DNA of 64,000 bases from Octopus vulgaris (Eukaryota): assembly GCA_951406725.2 (NCBI GenBank), contig OX597818.1:91264001-91328000 (forward strand). The letters are read 5' to 3'. Below, piece after piece: positions 11,832 through 23,587 of the stretch. The number at the start of each line of letters is the position of its first letter. The stretch's first letter is position 1. Made by a program: the position numbers and the translations under genes. The notes under the pieces are model-generated. The model saw nothing but the letters and a program-made list of their open reading frames with translations. It had not been told where the DNA came from and made no database searches.

Positions 11832-14685
11832 ATTTGGCTCAAAAGCAAATAGCAAGGCCATGTAGGGGGACATGGAGTTAAGTACAGGGTGGTGTTCATG
11901 TAAAGAGTTCAGGCCACTTGAGGTCCAGGGAGGCTTTGAACAAAGCGGTCGTCGGCATCTTCACCATCTCGTCTGGCAGCTTGTTCCACGGATCCGCAAC
12001 CCGGACGGAGAAAGCTCCTCTCCTTCGATTGAGATGAAATCGTCGCAGGTAGAGCTTTTCGGAATGACCCCGCAGCCGACGCTCCGGAGCAGGAGTGAAG
12101 AACAGCTCTTTGGAGAGGTTACACTTCCCGCTTATGATGTTGTGGGCGAGAATGAGATTACCACGGCGGCGGCGTTTTTCAAGAGAATAAAGGTCGAGCG
12201 TCCTCAGCCTTTCTTCGTAGGACAAATTTTTGAGACCATGAACCATGCGGGTAGCCAGCCTCTGGACTCTTTCGAGGTGCTGTATGTCTTTGAGGAGATA
12301 AGGAGAAGAGGCTTGAATCCCATACTCCAATATGGGTCTCACCAGCGTGACATAGAGTGGCAGGAATATGGCTGCTGTGAGCATTCCGAATGACCGTCGA
12401 ATCAAAAACAGAATTCCGCGCGCTTTGTTGGCAGCATGGACGCACTGGGCCGAAGGCGAAAAGGAGGAATCCACCAAGATACCCAGGTCCTTTACCTGAT
12501 CGGTCCTCTCCAGCAGCAGACAACCCGGCTCGAAATCAAGTTGAGTTGCAGGAGTAGAGCCGACAGGCAGATGACAGCACTTTGACACGTTCAGACACAG
12601 GTCCCAATCGTTAGACCACTTCCAAATTTGGTGGAGGCATCGACGAAGATCCTCTATACTACCGCGAGGAGCGACCAGTTTGATATCGTCGGCAAATAGA
12701 AGGGTGTGTTGCGTGAGGTCGTCGGGCAAGTCATTTATGAAGACTAAGAACAACAAGGGCCCAAGCACTGAACCTTGAGGCACGCCACTGCTCGCACTGG
12801 AGACGTCGGACCGCGAACCATTAACTTGAACTTGGAAGGAGCGATCTGAGAGGAAGGCACCAACCCATCGTACAATATCCGGATGGAAACTATATGCTTG
12901 AAGCTTGACAAGTAGTAGGCGGTGGTTTACCGAGTCAAAAGCTTTGGCAAAGTCCAATAAAACGATGTCAACAGCATCACTATCATCGAGGATGCGCGTC
13001 ACCAATTCTTCCATTACTAGTAAGTTGGTCAAGCATGATCTCTTCGGCACGAAGCAATGTTGGGAATCAGTGATCGAGGCTGTGTTTAGGAGGTGGAGCA
13101 TCATACTTTTCTTAAGGATGGTTTTGAACATCTTGCTGATTATTGATGTAAGGGAAACCGGTCGGTAGTTAAGCGGGTTTTCGCGGCTCCCTTTCTTGAA
13201 AATTGGGCAGATTATTGCTGTTCTCCAGTCTGCAGGTATAACACCCGTCGCCAATGACATATTGAATAGTCGTGTTAAGGGCTCGCAGATGACCGGAGCC
13301 AACGCTTTGATAACCCGTGGGTGTATGCCGTCAGGGCCGTGACCCTTGTTGACATCGAGGCCTTGAATAACACGTTTGACTTGGTCCCGCGTGATGATCA
13401 ATCGAAGCATTGGAGGTACCGATCTATCAAATGGAGGGGGTTCACGACCATCATCTTGTTTGAAAATAGTTGAAAAAGCCTCGGCAAATAATTGACTCTG
13501 TTGATAAGGGTCCTCAATCGATACGCCTGTTGAGTCTACCAACGTTGCAATCTGGTTGTTCAAGCGGGAATTCCGCTGGACATGGGCAAAGAAGGTTTTT
13601 GGATTGCTACTGGCATTTGCCGCGATTTTGTATTCATAACTGAAGCGTTCTTTCTTTTCAATTTTCACGGCTCGGTCTCGTTGAGTTTTGTACACCTCAA
13701 AAGCTGCAGTCGAATCCAGATTTTTGAATTCAGCCCAAGCAATATCTCTGAGTCGACGTTCTCGTTTAACCTTCTTCGTCACCCAGGGCTTGTGTTTCTT
13801 CCTCTTGGGAAGTCCAACGGGAACTGCCTGGTCAGTCAAACAGATTACATATGCTTTGAGGGATGACCATAGTTCGTCAACTGAGGACAACGTCATCAGG
13901 GAACGCCAGTCCAGAAGCGCGGAAGCCTCGGTTAGAATTTCAAGATTAATTGCAGAGAAGACTCTACGTGGCAGCGAAGTAATCGTGGGCGTGGAAAAAG
14001 TTGTGTGCATGACGAACTTCAGGACCGCATGATCACTCTTGGCAAGAGGGGCGCACACAGATACGTCTGACACTGATCTTGGATAGCGGGAGAATACCAG
14101 ATCTAGCATAGATGGCTGCTGCCCAGACCGATGCCTTGTCGGATATTCAACATGTTGCGAGAGAAAACAATCTTCAGCCACGTCAAGAAGGGTCTGGCCG
14201 AACCGGGAAGATGTTGTACAAATTGATGCGGGCCAATCGATCGTGGGAGCGTTGAAGTCGCCTAGTACCAAGCAGTCATGCGAAGCTGAAACGAATCTTA
14301 TCGCTTCGAGTAGATGAGCATCGTCCTGGGGGTCGGCTAGAGGCGGCCTGTAGACAGCCAACACGGGCAGGCAAAACTCAGATAGGCTCAGCTTGCAATA
14401 GACGGCATCGAATTTGGTTGTAGGTTGAGCATTTGTGGGTAGAATACCGCAGGACGGTTTGTGCTCAGACTTAACATACACAGCAACACCTCCACCTCGC
14501 CTTTTTCCTCTGTCACATCTGAAAAGGACGTAGCCTTGCAGGTGGATCTCTGAGTCCTTTACTGCTGGAGTCAGCCAAGTCTCGGTGATAGCTATCACAT
14601 CAGGGGAGTCGCGTAGGGCCAGTGTAAATAGTTCACTGAACTTTGGGAATAAGGAGCACGAGTTGGTGTAGACGATGCGCATAGT
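11801..14685 (-). mobile_element. CR1-clade LINE, 5'-truncated (ORF2 only) with (TAAC)n tail
   Basis: APE + RT ORF, short 3' UTR and tandem (TTAG)n at 11801-11830 on the + strand; markedly more GC-rich than the flanks. Confidence 0.92.
11896..14682 (-). CDS. CR1 ORF2: apurinic-like endonuclease + reverse transcriptase, 928 aa
   Basis: YTN, ITETWL, YRPP, GDFN and SDH (APE); NYRPVSLTS, DFAKAFDSV, GVPQGSVLGP, FADD and KDLG (RT); CR1-type C-terminus (LERVQRLATR, RGHSEKL, WNKLP). Confidence 0.93.
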   Translation of the reverse strand: MRIVYTNSCSLFPKFSELFTLALRDSPDVIAITETWLTPAVKDSEIHLQGYVLFRCDRGKRRGGGVAVYVKSEHKPSCGILPTNAQPTTKFDAVYCKLSLSEFCLPVLAVYRPPLADPQDDAHLLEAIRFVSASHDCLVLGDFNAPTIDWPASICTTSSRFGQTLLDVAEDCFLSQHVEYPTRHRSGQQPSMLDLVFSRYPRSVSDVSVCAPLAKSDHAVLKFVMHTTFSTPTITSLPRRVFSAINLEILTEASALLDWRSLMTLSSVDELWSSLKAYVICLTDQAVPVGLPKRKKHKPWVTKKVKRERRLRDIAWAEFKNLDSTAAFEVYKTQRDRAVKIEKKERFSYEYKIAANASSNPKTFFAHVQRNSRLNNQIATLVDSTGVSIEDPYQQSQLFAEAFSTIFKQDDGREPPPFDRSVPPMLRLIITRDQVKRVIQGLDVNKGHGPDGIHPRVIKALAPVICEPLTRLFNMSLATGVIPADWRTAIICPIFKKGSRENPLNYRPVSLTSIISKMFKTILKKSMMLHLLNTASITDSQHCFVPKRSCLTNLLVMEELVTRILDDSDAVDIVLLDFAKAFDSVNHRLLLVKLQAYSFHPDIVRWVGAFLSDRSFQVQVNGSRSDVSSASSGVPQGSVLGPLLFLVFINDLPDDLTQHTLLFADDIKLVAPRGSIEDLRRCLHQIWKWSNDWDLCLNVSKCCHLPVGSTPATQLDFEPGCLLLERTDQVKDLGILVDSSFSPSAQCVHAANKARGILFLIRRSFGMLTAAIFLPLYVTLVRPILEYGIQASSPYLLKDIQHLERVQRLATRMVHGLKNLSYEERLRTLDLYSLEKRRRRGNLILAHNIISGKCNLSKELFFTPAPERRLRGHSEKLYLRRFHLNRRRGAFSVRVADPWNKLPDEMVKMPTTALFKASLDLKWPELFT

Positions 14686-16418
14686 ATGCGCATTACACTA
14701 TGCGCTCGTCATTTACGTATATCCATGCATAGCACGCTGAATTGAAAAGCTAGAACATTATGTTAGGCAAAAATTTAATTATTTTTCTCTGTTTAATGCT
14801 ATTGCAAAACTACAGAACCATTTTTATCCCTTAACCAGAGTCTTTGTTTTTCAATTAAGCAAATTTATTCACTTCTTCCGATGCAATAAGTTCGTGATTA
14901 TCTCTACGGTATTTAAAAATCACATTTTATCAAAATGATATTCTAAATCAGGTTTGACTTAATGTATCGGAAAATTTAGACACTAATCTAGAAACTTCTA
15001 AATTCACTATAAAAACTTTGTTTGTTACTTGAATTAGAAAATATTATCCATAGGGAATTTCTTGCTCATTGAAATATTTTATATTCTAAATTTTTTTCCA
15101 TTGTTCGACTATTTAAAAGTAGAAAAAAAATGATTGTGCGTTAAAATAGTTTTGATATCTTTTAGATGGGAATTGTTTATTCAGACTATAAGTTAGAATA
15201 CAATTATCTGAATAAGATTCGGCTTAATTTGTAGTAAATTTTTGATACCGATTTAAAGACTATTAAAAATGTTCTATAAACTTGTGTATAATTGCAATTA
15301 TTTAACATAATAGATAATTGCTACATTCTGTGGCTATAGGAATTTTGATATTATAACATTATATGTAGTCTTGTTTAAAATATGCTGGGGTGGGTAGGAC
15401 CTTTGTGAATAATATGCCAAGTTGGAAAACTTTCACGGTGTCGACTTTTCTATGTCTGCAGTATGAAGATTATTATATAATACATATTATACTTACTCTT
15501 GCTTTTCTTCTTGTTCTTTTTGTAGAATCTGCTGATATTGGTTTTTGGTTTTAGCTGATTGAGCTGACTAGGGATCAAAAGGGTTTCAAATATCCTGTAT
15601 TTTTCTGACGTCGTTTATCTAGGACAACAATATGTCTTTTATACGACACTAGGATGTGTGAAATTTAAAGATACCGATAGAATAGGTACTAGGCTTGCAA
15701 AAATATGTCCTGGGATCGATTTGCTCGACTAAAGGCGGTGCTCCAGCATGGCCACAGACAAATGCCTGAAACAAGTAAAGAGAGTAAAGAGAATAAAGAG
15801 AGTATCATAATTGACTTAGTTACAAAATCATAATAAAGTGCACGAATGTAGAACCATCTAGATTTAAGTTTTACAGTAATGGACTTAAGCAATTATGACA
15901 GAATATTATATGTGTGCCAGTTAAGTAGCAGGTAATCCAATATATTGATAACTCCGTCAGTTTTGATAGTAAGGCTTATGGTAAAGGAATTCGTGTCTGA
16001 GTGAGGTACCCAGCTAAATGGTGTACCAGACTGTTTTTGATGACTTCAGTATGGAGAGAAAAGAGAGATACCTGTCGGTAGTCATACAGTTTGCTATGAG
16101 ACCTAGAATTAAGGTTCAAGTGTTCCTGCGACGATTGCATGTCTTCTGTTTTCGAAACAAAGTACAATTGTGACATATAAAAAGTTCAAATATCAAATAA
16201 CAATTTTCTAATAAAATGCAGTTAGGCATTTTGAGGAGAAAACTGATGACTTCCAGAATAAGATGGCAACAGTGACAATTATGAGAGACCGCGTATTTTC
16301 TTCCTAGCATTAAAGTTGCAAATAAAGTACTTGGTGCAAAATATTAATAATCTCTAATGTATCGGGTACTTTACTAAATCTGTTAACAAAGGTACCGTAT
16401 ACTACAAACACACTCATA

Positions 16419-16503
<85 letters not shown>

Positions 16504-16782
16504 CTTCAGGTCTCAGAATATTCCCTATTCTATATCCTGATCCATTATCTGTGAGGCTTGCCCATACAATACAAACCTGAGAATATGTAAATTGTGTTTC
16601 AGGGAATCCCTTGCAATGTTCTGCCATCAGAACCCCTCAGTATTCAGTAGATTTCCAGAAATCCTTTCATGTGAGTACAAGGATTATTCCTCATTTGCCC
16701 ATTACGTAAGGTCTATAGAAATATCCTAATTGCCTTAAGTTACAGCTTAACTCTGCAAGCCCATCCACTTATACCTCCCCTT

Positions 16783-16819
<37 letters not shown>

Positions 16820-16821
<2 letters not shown>

Positions 16822-16985
16822 AAGAGTTTACGAAAAGACAAAAGACGAAGACATATGGTGTACAAAACAAACAGATGTATTGGTATAACGCTCAGGAATA
16901 GAAAAAAGTCTATTACGTTTCGAGCCTATGTTCTTCTACAGAAAGGGACACAGAAAAAAACAAGGAGAGAAACAAGGAGAGAAAA
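16820..16985 (-). mobile_element. Short (TA)n-anchored element with hammerhead-like motif
   Basis: Minus strand CTTT-CTGTAGA-A-GAAC-ATAG-GCTC-GAAACGTA, then the same 3' region as 62060-62212. Confidence 0.6.
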
Positions 16986-17060
16986 AAGGAGAGAAAAACA
17001 GAGAGAAAAGAAGGAGAGAAAAAAAGAAGAGAAAAAAGAAGAGAAAAAAGGAGAAAAAAT
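16955..17060. repeat. Purine-rich minisatellite, 11-12 bp unit (AAxAAGGAGAGA)
   Basis: About eight diverging tandem units. Confidence 0.8.
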
Positions 17061-17625
17061 ACATGAACCCACACACACACGTATATATATATATATATAT
17101 ATATATGTATTGCCTCCGAACATTCCTCCTTACACAGCCACTTATGGCACCACCCCACTTTCATTCCTTGAATTTCACACACCATCTACCAACATTAAAA
17201 TTATTTAGTAATTACGAGCCCACCAACCCCACAGTTGTCGAACCTGAGATATGCTTTCTCGTCTTAATTTTCTGTATTTTTTGTACACAGGGTAAATTAG
17301 TTTTACAAATATCTATATGCTAATACACGAACGTTCATCTTCTGAATATTTTCAGGCTTAGTTTCTCTCTTTATATATATATATACGCCTATATAAATTT
17401 ACATATATATGTATATTATATTTGTCAAGTCTAGGCGTGTTTACTCTTTACCCCGCAAGCTTAATCATCGATAGAGACTTCGGGGTTCAAATCATTTGAG
17501 CACTACCACGTATTTACTATATTGAGCATCTCTGGATCTCACCTGTTGAATCTGTCTGCCAGCCTGCCTGTCTGTCTCTTTGTCGGTCCTTTCATCTCTC
17601 TCTCTCTGTCTCTCTCTCTCTCCCG

Positions 17626-17676
<51 letters not shown>

Positions 17677-17818
17677 CCATGTTGGAACACTGAACACTAC
17701 AGGTAATTTTTTTCATACTCTAGTTCCTCTCATTCTTTCCCTAGCGTCAAGTTAGTACACTTGCTTGCAATACCTACACCTGCCTTCGTCTTTTGCTTAT
17801 TTTTGTAAACTTTCCCTT

Positions 17819-17911
<93 letters not shown>

Positions 17912-18351
17912 GAACGTGTATGAATATGTGTGTGTGCGTACAGGAATACATACATAACTACATATATGCACGCACAAATATACGCTTATATATGTGTATG
18001 TGCATGTGTATGTGCGTGGCTTTTTTTATCTTTAAAACCAGGCGTTATTTCTCAAACACCATTGTAGGTTTCAACCCTATTAACGTCACCTTGTCATTCT
18101 GATATTCACACTTCTACAAACTTTTTACCGCTTTCTTACACTCGTTATTTTTTTCATTTCTTTTTTTACTTTCATCGTTTGCGCGTGATTTGTATTTTTG
18201 TTATTAAACAATTTTCTCATAAATAAATAAATGAATAAATGAGTAAAAGATAAAGTCTTTCTCTTGCTGATTAAAAATAAAATCCAATTATTTTCTCCTC
18301 ATCTACGTTAAGATTAAAGACAATGCAAGTAATCTTCAACGCCATTGTTAT

Positions 18352-18527
18352 CGTCATCCACATCGTAGTCGTCGTGGTGTCATTAACTTCGCAGTCATCG
18401 CCCTCGTGATCATCATCATTGTCGTCGATGTGTCATCATCTTCACCGTCATGGTTCTCGTCATCATCATCATCGTCGTTGTCATCATGATGATGATCATC
18501 ATCACCGTCGTCGTCAACATTATCCTT

Positions 18528-18570
<43 letters not shown>

Positions 18571-18630
18571 CCATCGTCGTCGTCGCCGCCATGGTGATCG
18601 TGGCCGTCTTGGTCGTCGTTATTATCGTTT
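18352..18630. repeat. Compound (CAT)n/(CGT)n microsatellite
   Basis: Direct reading; source of spurious poly-D/H/M/I ORFs. Confidence 0.92.
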
Positions 18631-18963
18631 CCCTTGCCCATTTGTTGAAATTCAACAGCCTGCACGATATTTCAAGATCATTAAGATTACAACCGTTGCT
18701 TTAATCGCGATTATTAGCTACCGTTATCTGTGAGATGAAAGTAACACTTCTGATATGATAAATATTATTTGCTTTCTATCTGAATGCTGTGCAAAGTAAA
18801 GAGAGCTTCTCTAACACAGCCCGCACAATTGATATATATGTACGTGTTATCGCTGTTGAAGCGCTAATATACAACTACATTGTATACTAGCACACGCATG
18901 CCTATATTGGTGCGTACGTGTGTTGGTGTTCTTCTTGGTGGTGGTATAGAGTAATATTTGTAA

Positions 18964-19198
18964 GCAGCGAGTTGGCAGAAAAGTTAGCGCGAAGGGCGAA
19001 ATGTTTAGCGGTATTTCATCTGTCGTTACGTTCTGAGTTCAAATTCCGCCGAGGTCGACTTTACTTTTCATCCTTTCGGGGTCGATAAATTAAGTACCAG
19101 TTACACACTGGGGTCGATGTAATCGACTTAATACCTATGTCTGTCCTTGTTTGTTCCCTCTATGTTTGGCTAATTGTGGGTAGTAAAGAAATAGGTAT
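18964..19198 (+). mobile_element. tRNA-derived SINE family B (GAGGTCGACTTTGCCTTTCATCCTTTCGGGGTCGATAAA core)
   Basis: A-box-like TGGCAGAA and B-box GAGTTCAAATTCC; the central domain resembles the Meta-SINE domain as I recall it. Confidence 0.8.
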
Positions 19199-19336
19199 AG
19201 AGGTAATATCGGTTAGCTATTGTTAATGATACACGTCAAATACAGAACGGTTTATGTAGTTGCTAATTGATTCTATTAGCTCCTTATATTCATATGCGCA
19301 TATATGTTCAGTATAGTTGTGAAGTTTTGTAGTGGC

Positions 19337-19708
19337 ACTTCGTCGGTTATTACGACGAGGGTTCCAGCTGACCCAATCATCGGAACAGCCAGCTCGTGAA
19401 ATTAACGTATAAGTGGTTGAGTACTCCACAGATACGTGCTCCGTTAATATAGTTCTCGGGGAGATTCAGCGTGACACAGAGTGTGACAAGGCTGGGCCTT
19501 TTAAATACGGGTACAACAGAAACAGGAAGAAATAGTAAGAGAAAGTTGTGATGAGAGAGTAGAGCAGAGTTCACCACCAACCCCTGCCGGAACCACGTGG
19601 AACTTTAGGTGTTTCCGCTCTATAAACACTCACAACACCCGGTCTGGGAATTGAAACTGCGATCCTACGACCACGAGTCTACTGCGCTAACCACTGAGCC
19701 ATAGCGCC
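19337..19708 (-). mobile_element. SINE family C copy with a different 3' tail
   Basis: Head GGGGCGCTATGGCTCAGTGGTTAGCGCAGTAGACTCGTGG shared with 58695. Confidence 0.72.
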
Positions 19709-19743
19709 CCCCCACACACACACATATACGCACACACAGAGTA

Positions 19744-19867
<124 letters not shown>

Positions 19868-19878
19868 GTATGCATATA

Positions 19879-21143
19879 CGAAGTTTGATCAATAAGTATC
19901 CGGTCTCTTGACATAGTAACGAAGCAAAAGTATGCAGAGTTAAGCCTCTCGGCAAAGATTGACCTTGAATGCTTCTGTGCATGTGCACCAAGTTTTAAAG
20001 TTCTAACTCACTTCCGCTGTTTACAGCAGTGTTTGAAAGGAAGATGTGTAGCGTGTGATCATCGTATTGACCATGAGAGACAAGTTGTCATGGCGATACT
20101 TGCTCAGAGGCTTATACAAAATTTTAGAAAGTGTATAGAGAGGCGTGTTTGAGCCGCACACAAGTGTATGAGTGGTTCAGACGTTTCCAAGATGGCTGAA
20201 AAATGTTGATATTGACGAACGTTCTTGGAGACCCGCAAACAGCAGAACTGAGAAAAACATTGCAGATGTGTGTGCAGCTGAGAGTGGAAATCATCGAATC
20301 ACCATTTGTAAGTTATCAGAATATGCGCAGTTTAGTTACGGTTCATTTCAGTTAATTATCACTGAAGATTTGGGTATGGAACGCGAGTCTGCCAAGTTTG
20401 TGCCAAAACCGCTTTCAGGTGACCAAAATGACACTCGGGCTTCAGTTGCCGAAGATTTCCCTGATTGTGTCGAGAACGATGAAAACTTTTTTAAAGCATT
20501 GTTTTTTTTTGTTTGTTCCTTCTCGAGCCATACTTGGTTTCCCGGTTTCCTTGGCGTATAGGTTCCCCATTTGGACGAGACGCCGGTCCGTCGCAGGTGA
20601 GCTGCAAGATGCAGGAGGAAAGCGTGAGAGAAAGTTGTGGTGAAAGAGTCAGCAGAAGTTCGCCATTACCTTCTGCCGGAGCCGCGTGGAGCTTAGGTGT
20701 TTTGCTCATAAACACACACATCGGCCGGTCTGAGATTGGAACCCGCGAGTCCGCTGCTCTAACCACTAGGTCATGTGCCTCCACAAAACATTGGTTTACT
20801 TCTTCCTCATTCTGCTTCTCTGCAAAATTCACTTGCTGTGAAATGACTGCCACTCGACAGAAGAAAACTAGTATTACACCTTTGTTATCAAGCACGTTAA
20901 GATTTTTGCAAAAGTTGATGCAAATCCTCCTCTCAACCATCTTTGTTATGTACAATGCAACAATCACACGCTATACACGTTCCTTACAGGCACTGCTGCA
21001 AATAGTTAAAGTGAGCTAGAACGTTAAAACTTAATGTGCATGCTCAGCAGAGTTCAAGGTCCATCTTTTCGAAGCAGCTTTGATCTACGTACTTTTGCTA
21101 CGTGACTATGGCAACAGTTCGGATACATATTGATCAGAACACG
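19879..21143. mobile_element. Mariner-derived non-autonomous element with long inverted ends
   Basis: More than 200 bp of diverged inverted repeat at the two ends; internal mariner N-terminal remnants (SRTQVYEWFRRFQDG, SAKFVPK) on +, and MVERRICINFCKNL on -. Confidence 0.78.
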
Positions 21144-21401
21144 CATGTATACATACATACGGATATATGCATATATATTTATGTGTGTGTGTGCGTGTGT
21201 GTGTGTGTGTCTGTGTGTGTGCGTATAAGTATTTACATACATCCACATTCCCGGCCGATGCACAGGTTATTTTTATCGATGGTAAAGTGGTAAGTATCCC
21301 CGGGCTTCGATTCCGCATCGGGGACATTTCCGTGTCTTTATAGGTGCAGGTGTGATTGTATATTAGTAGCTTGGTTCCCAACCTCATGATGCTGAAAGAA
21401 G

Positions 21402-21536
<135 letters not shown>

Positions 21537-23263
21537 GTGTGTACCTATATATTCCTCTGTGTGTGTGTGCATGTGTGTGTATGCTTGTCTCCACCGCCAT
21601 CGCCTGACAATAAATGCTGGTGTGTTTAAGTCCCCGTTACATTGCGGTGCGGCGAAAGAGTCCGATAAAATTAGTGCTAGGCTTAAAAGAAATACGTCGT
21701 GGGGTCGAATTCCCCGACTAAAATCTTTAAACCTGTGCACCAGCATAGCCACAGTTAAATGACTGAAACAGGTAAAAGAAGAAAAAAAACAAAAGAATTA
21801 TTGACGTGCGAATGTGTATTAGTACTAAAAGTCTTGTTGCGTGAAATTCTAAAGTGCCTATATTGATGTGTATATATGTGTTTGTGTTGTATATAGCAGA
21901 GTGGTGATAATATTTTGTTGTTACTAATGGTTTATATTGCTACCAATCTTATATATTAAATTTTATTGGCGGGTGTGTACATGTATGTGGTGTGATTTGA
22001 TGTAACGTATGCTATTATTTTGTTTTCACTTTCTTTTAGTGCTTCTGGATAGCATTTGAAAGACCTGTTTGGAGTGCAGTCAAAATTTATGATGGATCGA
22101 ACACACTATTTGAAATCCATTTTCTTTCATTGCATTGGAAATAAACGGTACCAAATGGATTTCATTTAACTGCACTAAGTGTGATTGTGCTCCGCTTTGC
22201 TATATATTTTAATGTATTTCGTGTATTGTGTGAATGTTGCGCAGGTGTTTTATTTAACTTTGGGTATTTTGTTCTATTGTGCGCGAGTCACGTTTATTTA
22301 TTTACTTTTGATGTTTATTTGCATCTGATTTTGCTTCATCTTATTGATAAGACGAAATGGTGATAGATTTGGCAGCTGCTACATATTTTTCTCTTTCTTC
22401 GGAGCCAAGTTTTGGGTTATTGACGTAGTGTTGAAGTGGTGATTAAAGTAATGATGTAGTATTGAAGTAGTTTTACAGATGTGTTTGCTGAATAGTAAGA
22501 GAACGTAACTGTAATGTATGAATATAAAACAAAATACGTGAATGGACATCTCTTTCTAGCACACTATTTGATAAATTTCATATACTACGTGCTTGTCATT
22601 TTATATTGTATAACATATATCGGTGTAGGAGATAATTTCTTGTGCTGTATAGGAAAATCTGCTGCCGATACTAATCTGGAGTGTTCCTCTGAGCCTATTT
22701 TTTAATATTTATTAACCATTCACAACAAGTCAATTAAGAACTCTTACTGCTTTCTATATCTTTATTTCTACACTTATATTTTATTCTCAAATGCATCTAT
22801 CGACAATGGTTCAACAACATGATAGATGTATCTCAAATTGCATATGAAAAGTTTTATCAAAAATCCTTCTAGATTAAGGGACACAAAACTACCCTGAAGC
22901 TGTCCGTGCGTTCAGCAGTACTATCAACACACTTCTTTATGCTAAGGCGACGAGGACTTCTTGTTGATGAGATCGTAAACAGTACCTATAAGCTAAAACA
23001 CACGGAAATGATAAGCCTGGTGCTGATGATCGATAGCCATCAGCTGCATTGGACGGGTTATATTCAAATTGTAAACAATGTATGACTACAGAAGAGCTCT
23101 TTTCATTCCAAATGGCAGCAGACAAACATCTTCATAGAAGACCACATCTGAACTCAAGAAAGGTCTTCAAAGAAAGTCTCACACTCGGTAACATTCTACC
23201 ATAATAACATGAAAGACTTGCAGAATTTCATAGAAACCAATGCTGAAATTGCTGTTATCGTCG

Positions 23264-23317
<54 letters not shown>

Positions 23318-23523
23318 TATATCCACTCACAACGCTTTGGTCGGCCCGAGGCTATAGAAGAAGACACCCGCCCAAGTTGCCCCGCAGTGGGACTGAAACC
23401 GGCACCACGTGGTTACTAAGAAAGCTACTTACCACACAGCCATGCCTGCGGGTATGGTATTAATTTTTTTCTTTAATTGGTTTACACGCTGGCTACTCGA
23501 TAAAAATCTTATATAGATTTTAT

Positions 23524-23587
<64 letters not shown>

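Noticed and set aside
11872-14032. Several plus-strand ORFs (173, 87, 94 and 114 aa)
   Set aside because: Antisense shadows of the GC-rich CR1 ORF2
16585-16632. Minus-strand CTGATGG...CTGAAACAC hammerhead-like string
   Set aside because: Core mismatch at A9 and no convincing stems I and III
16855-17323. Lys/Arg/Glu-rich ORFs resembling basic nuclear proteins
   Set aside because: Translation of the purine minisatellite
18354-18733. Poly-Asp, poly-His, poly-Met and poly-Ile ORFs
   Set aside because: All are reading frames of one (CAT)n/(CGT)n microsatellite; no splice or domain support
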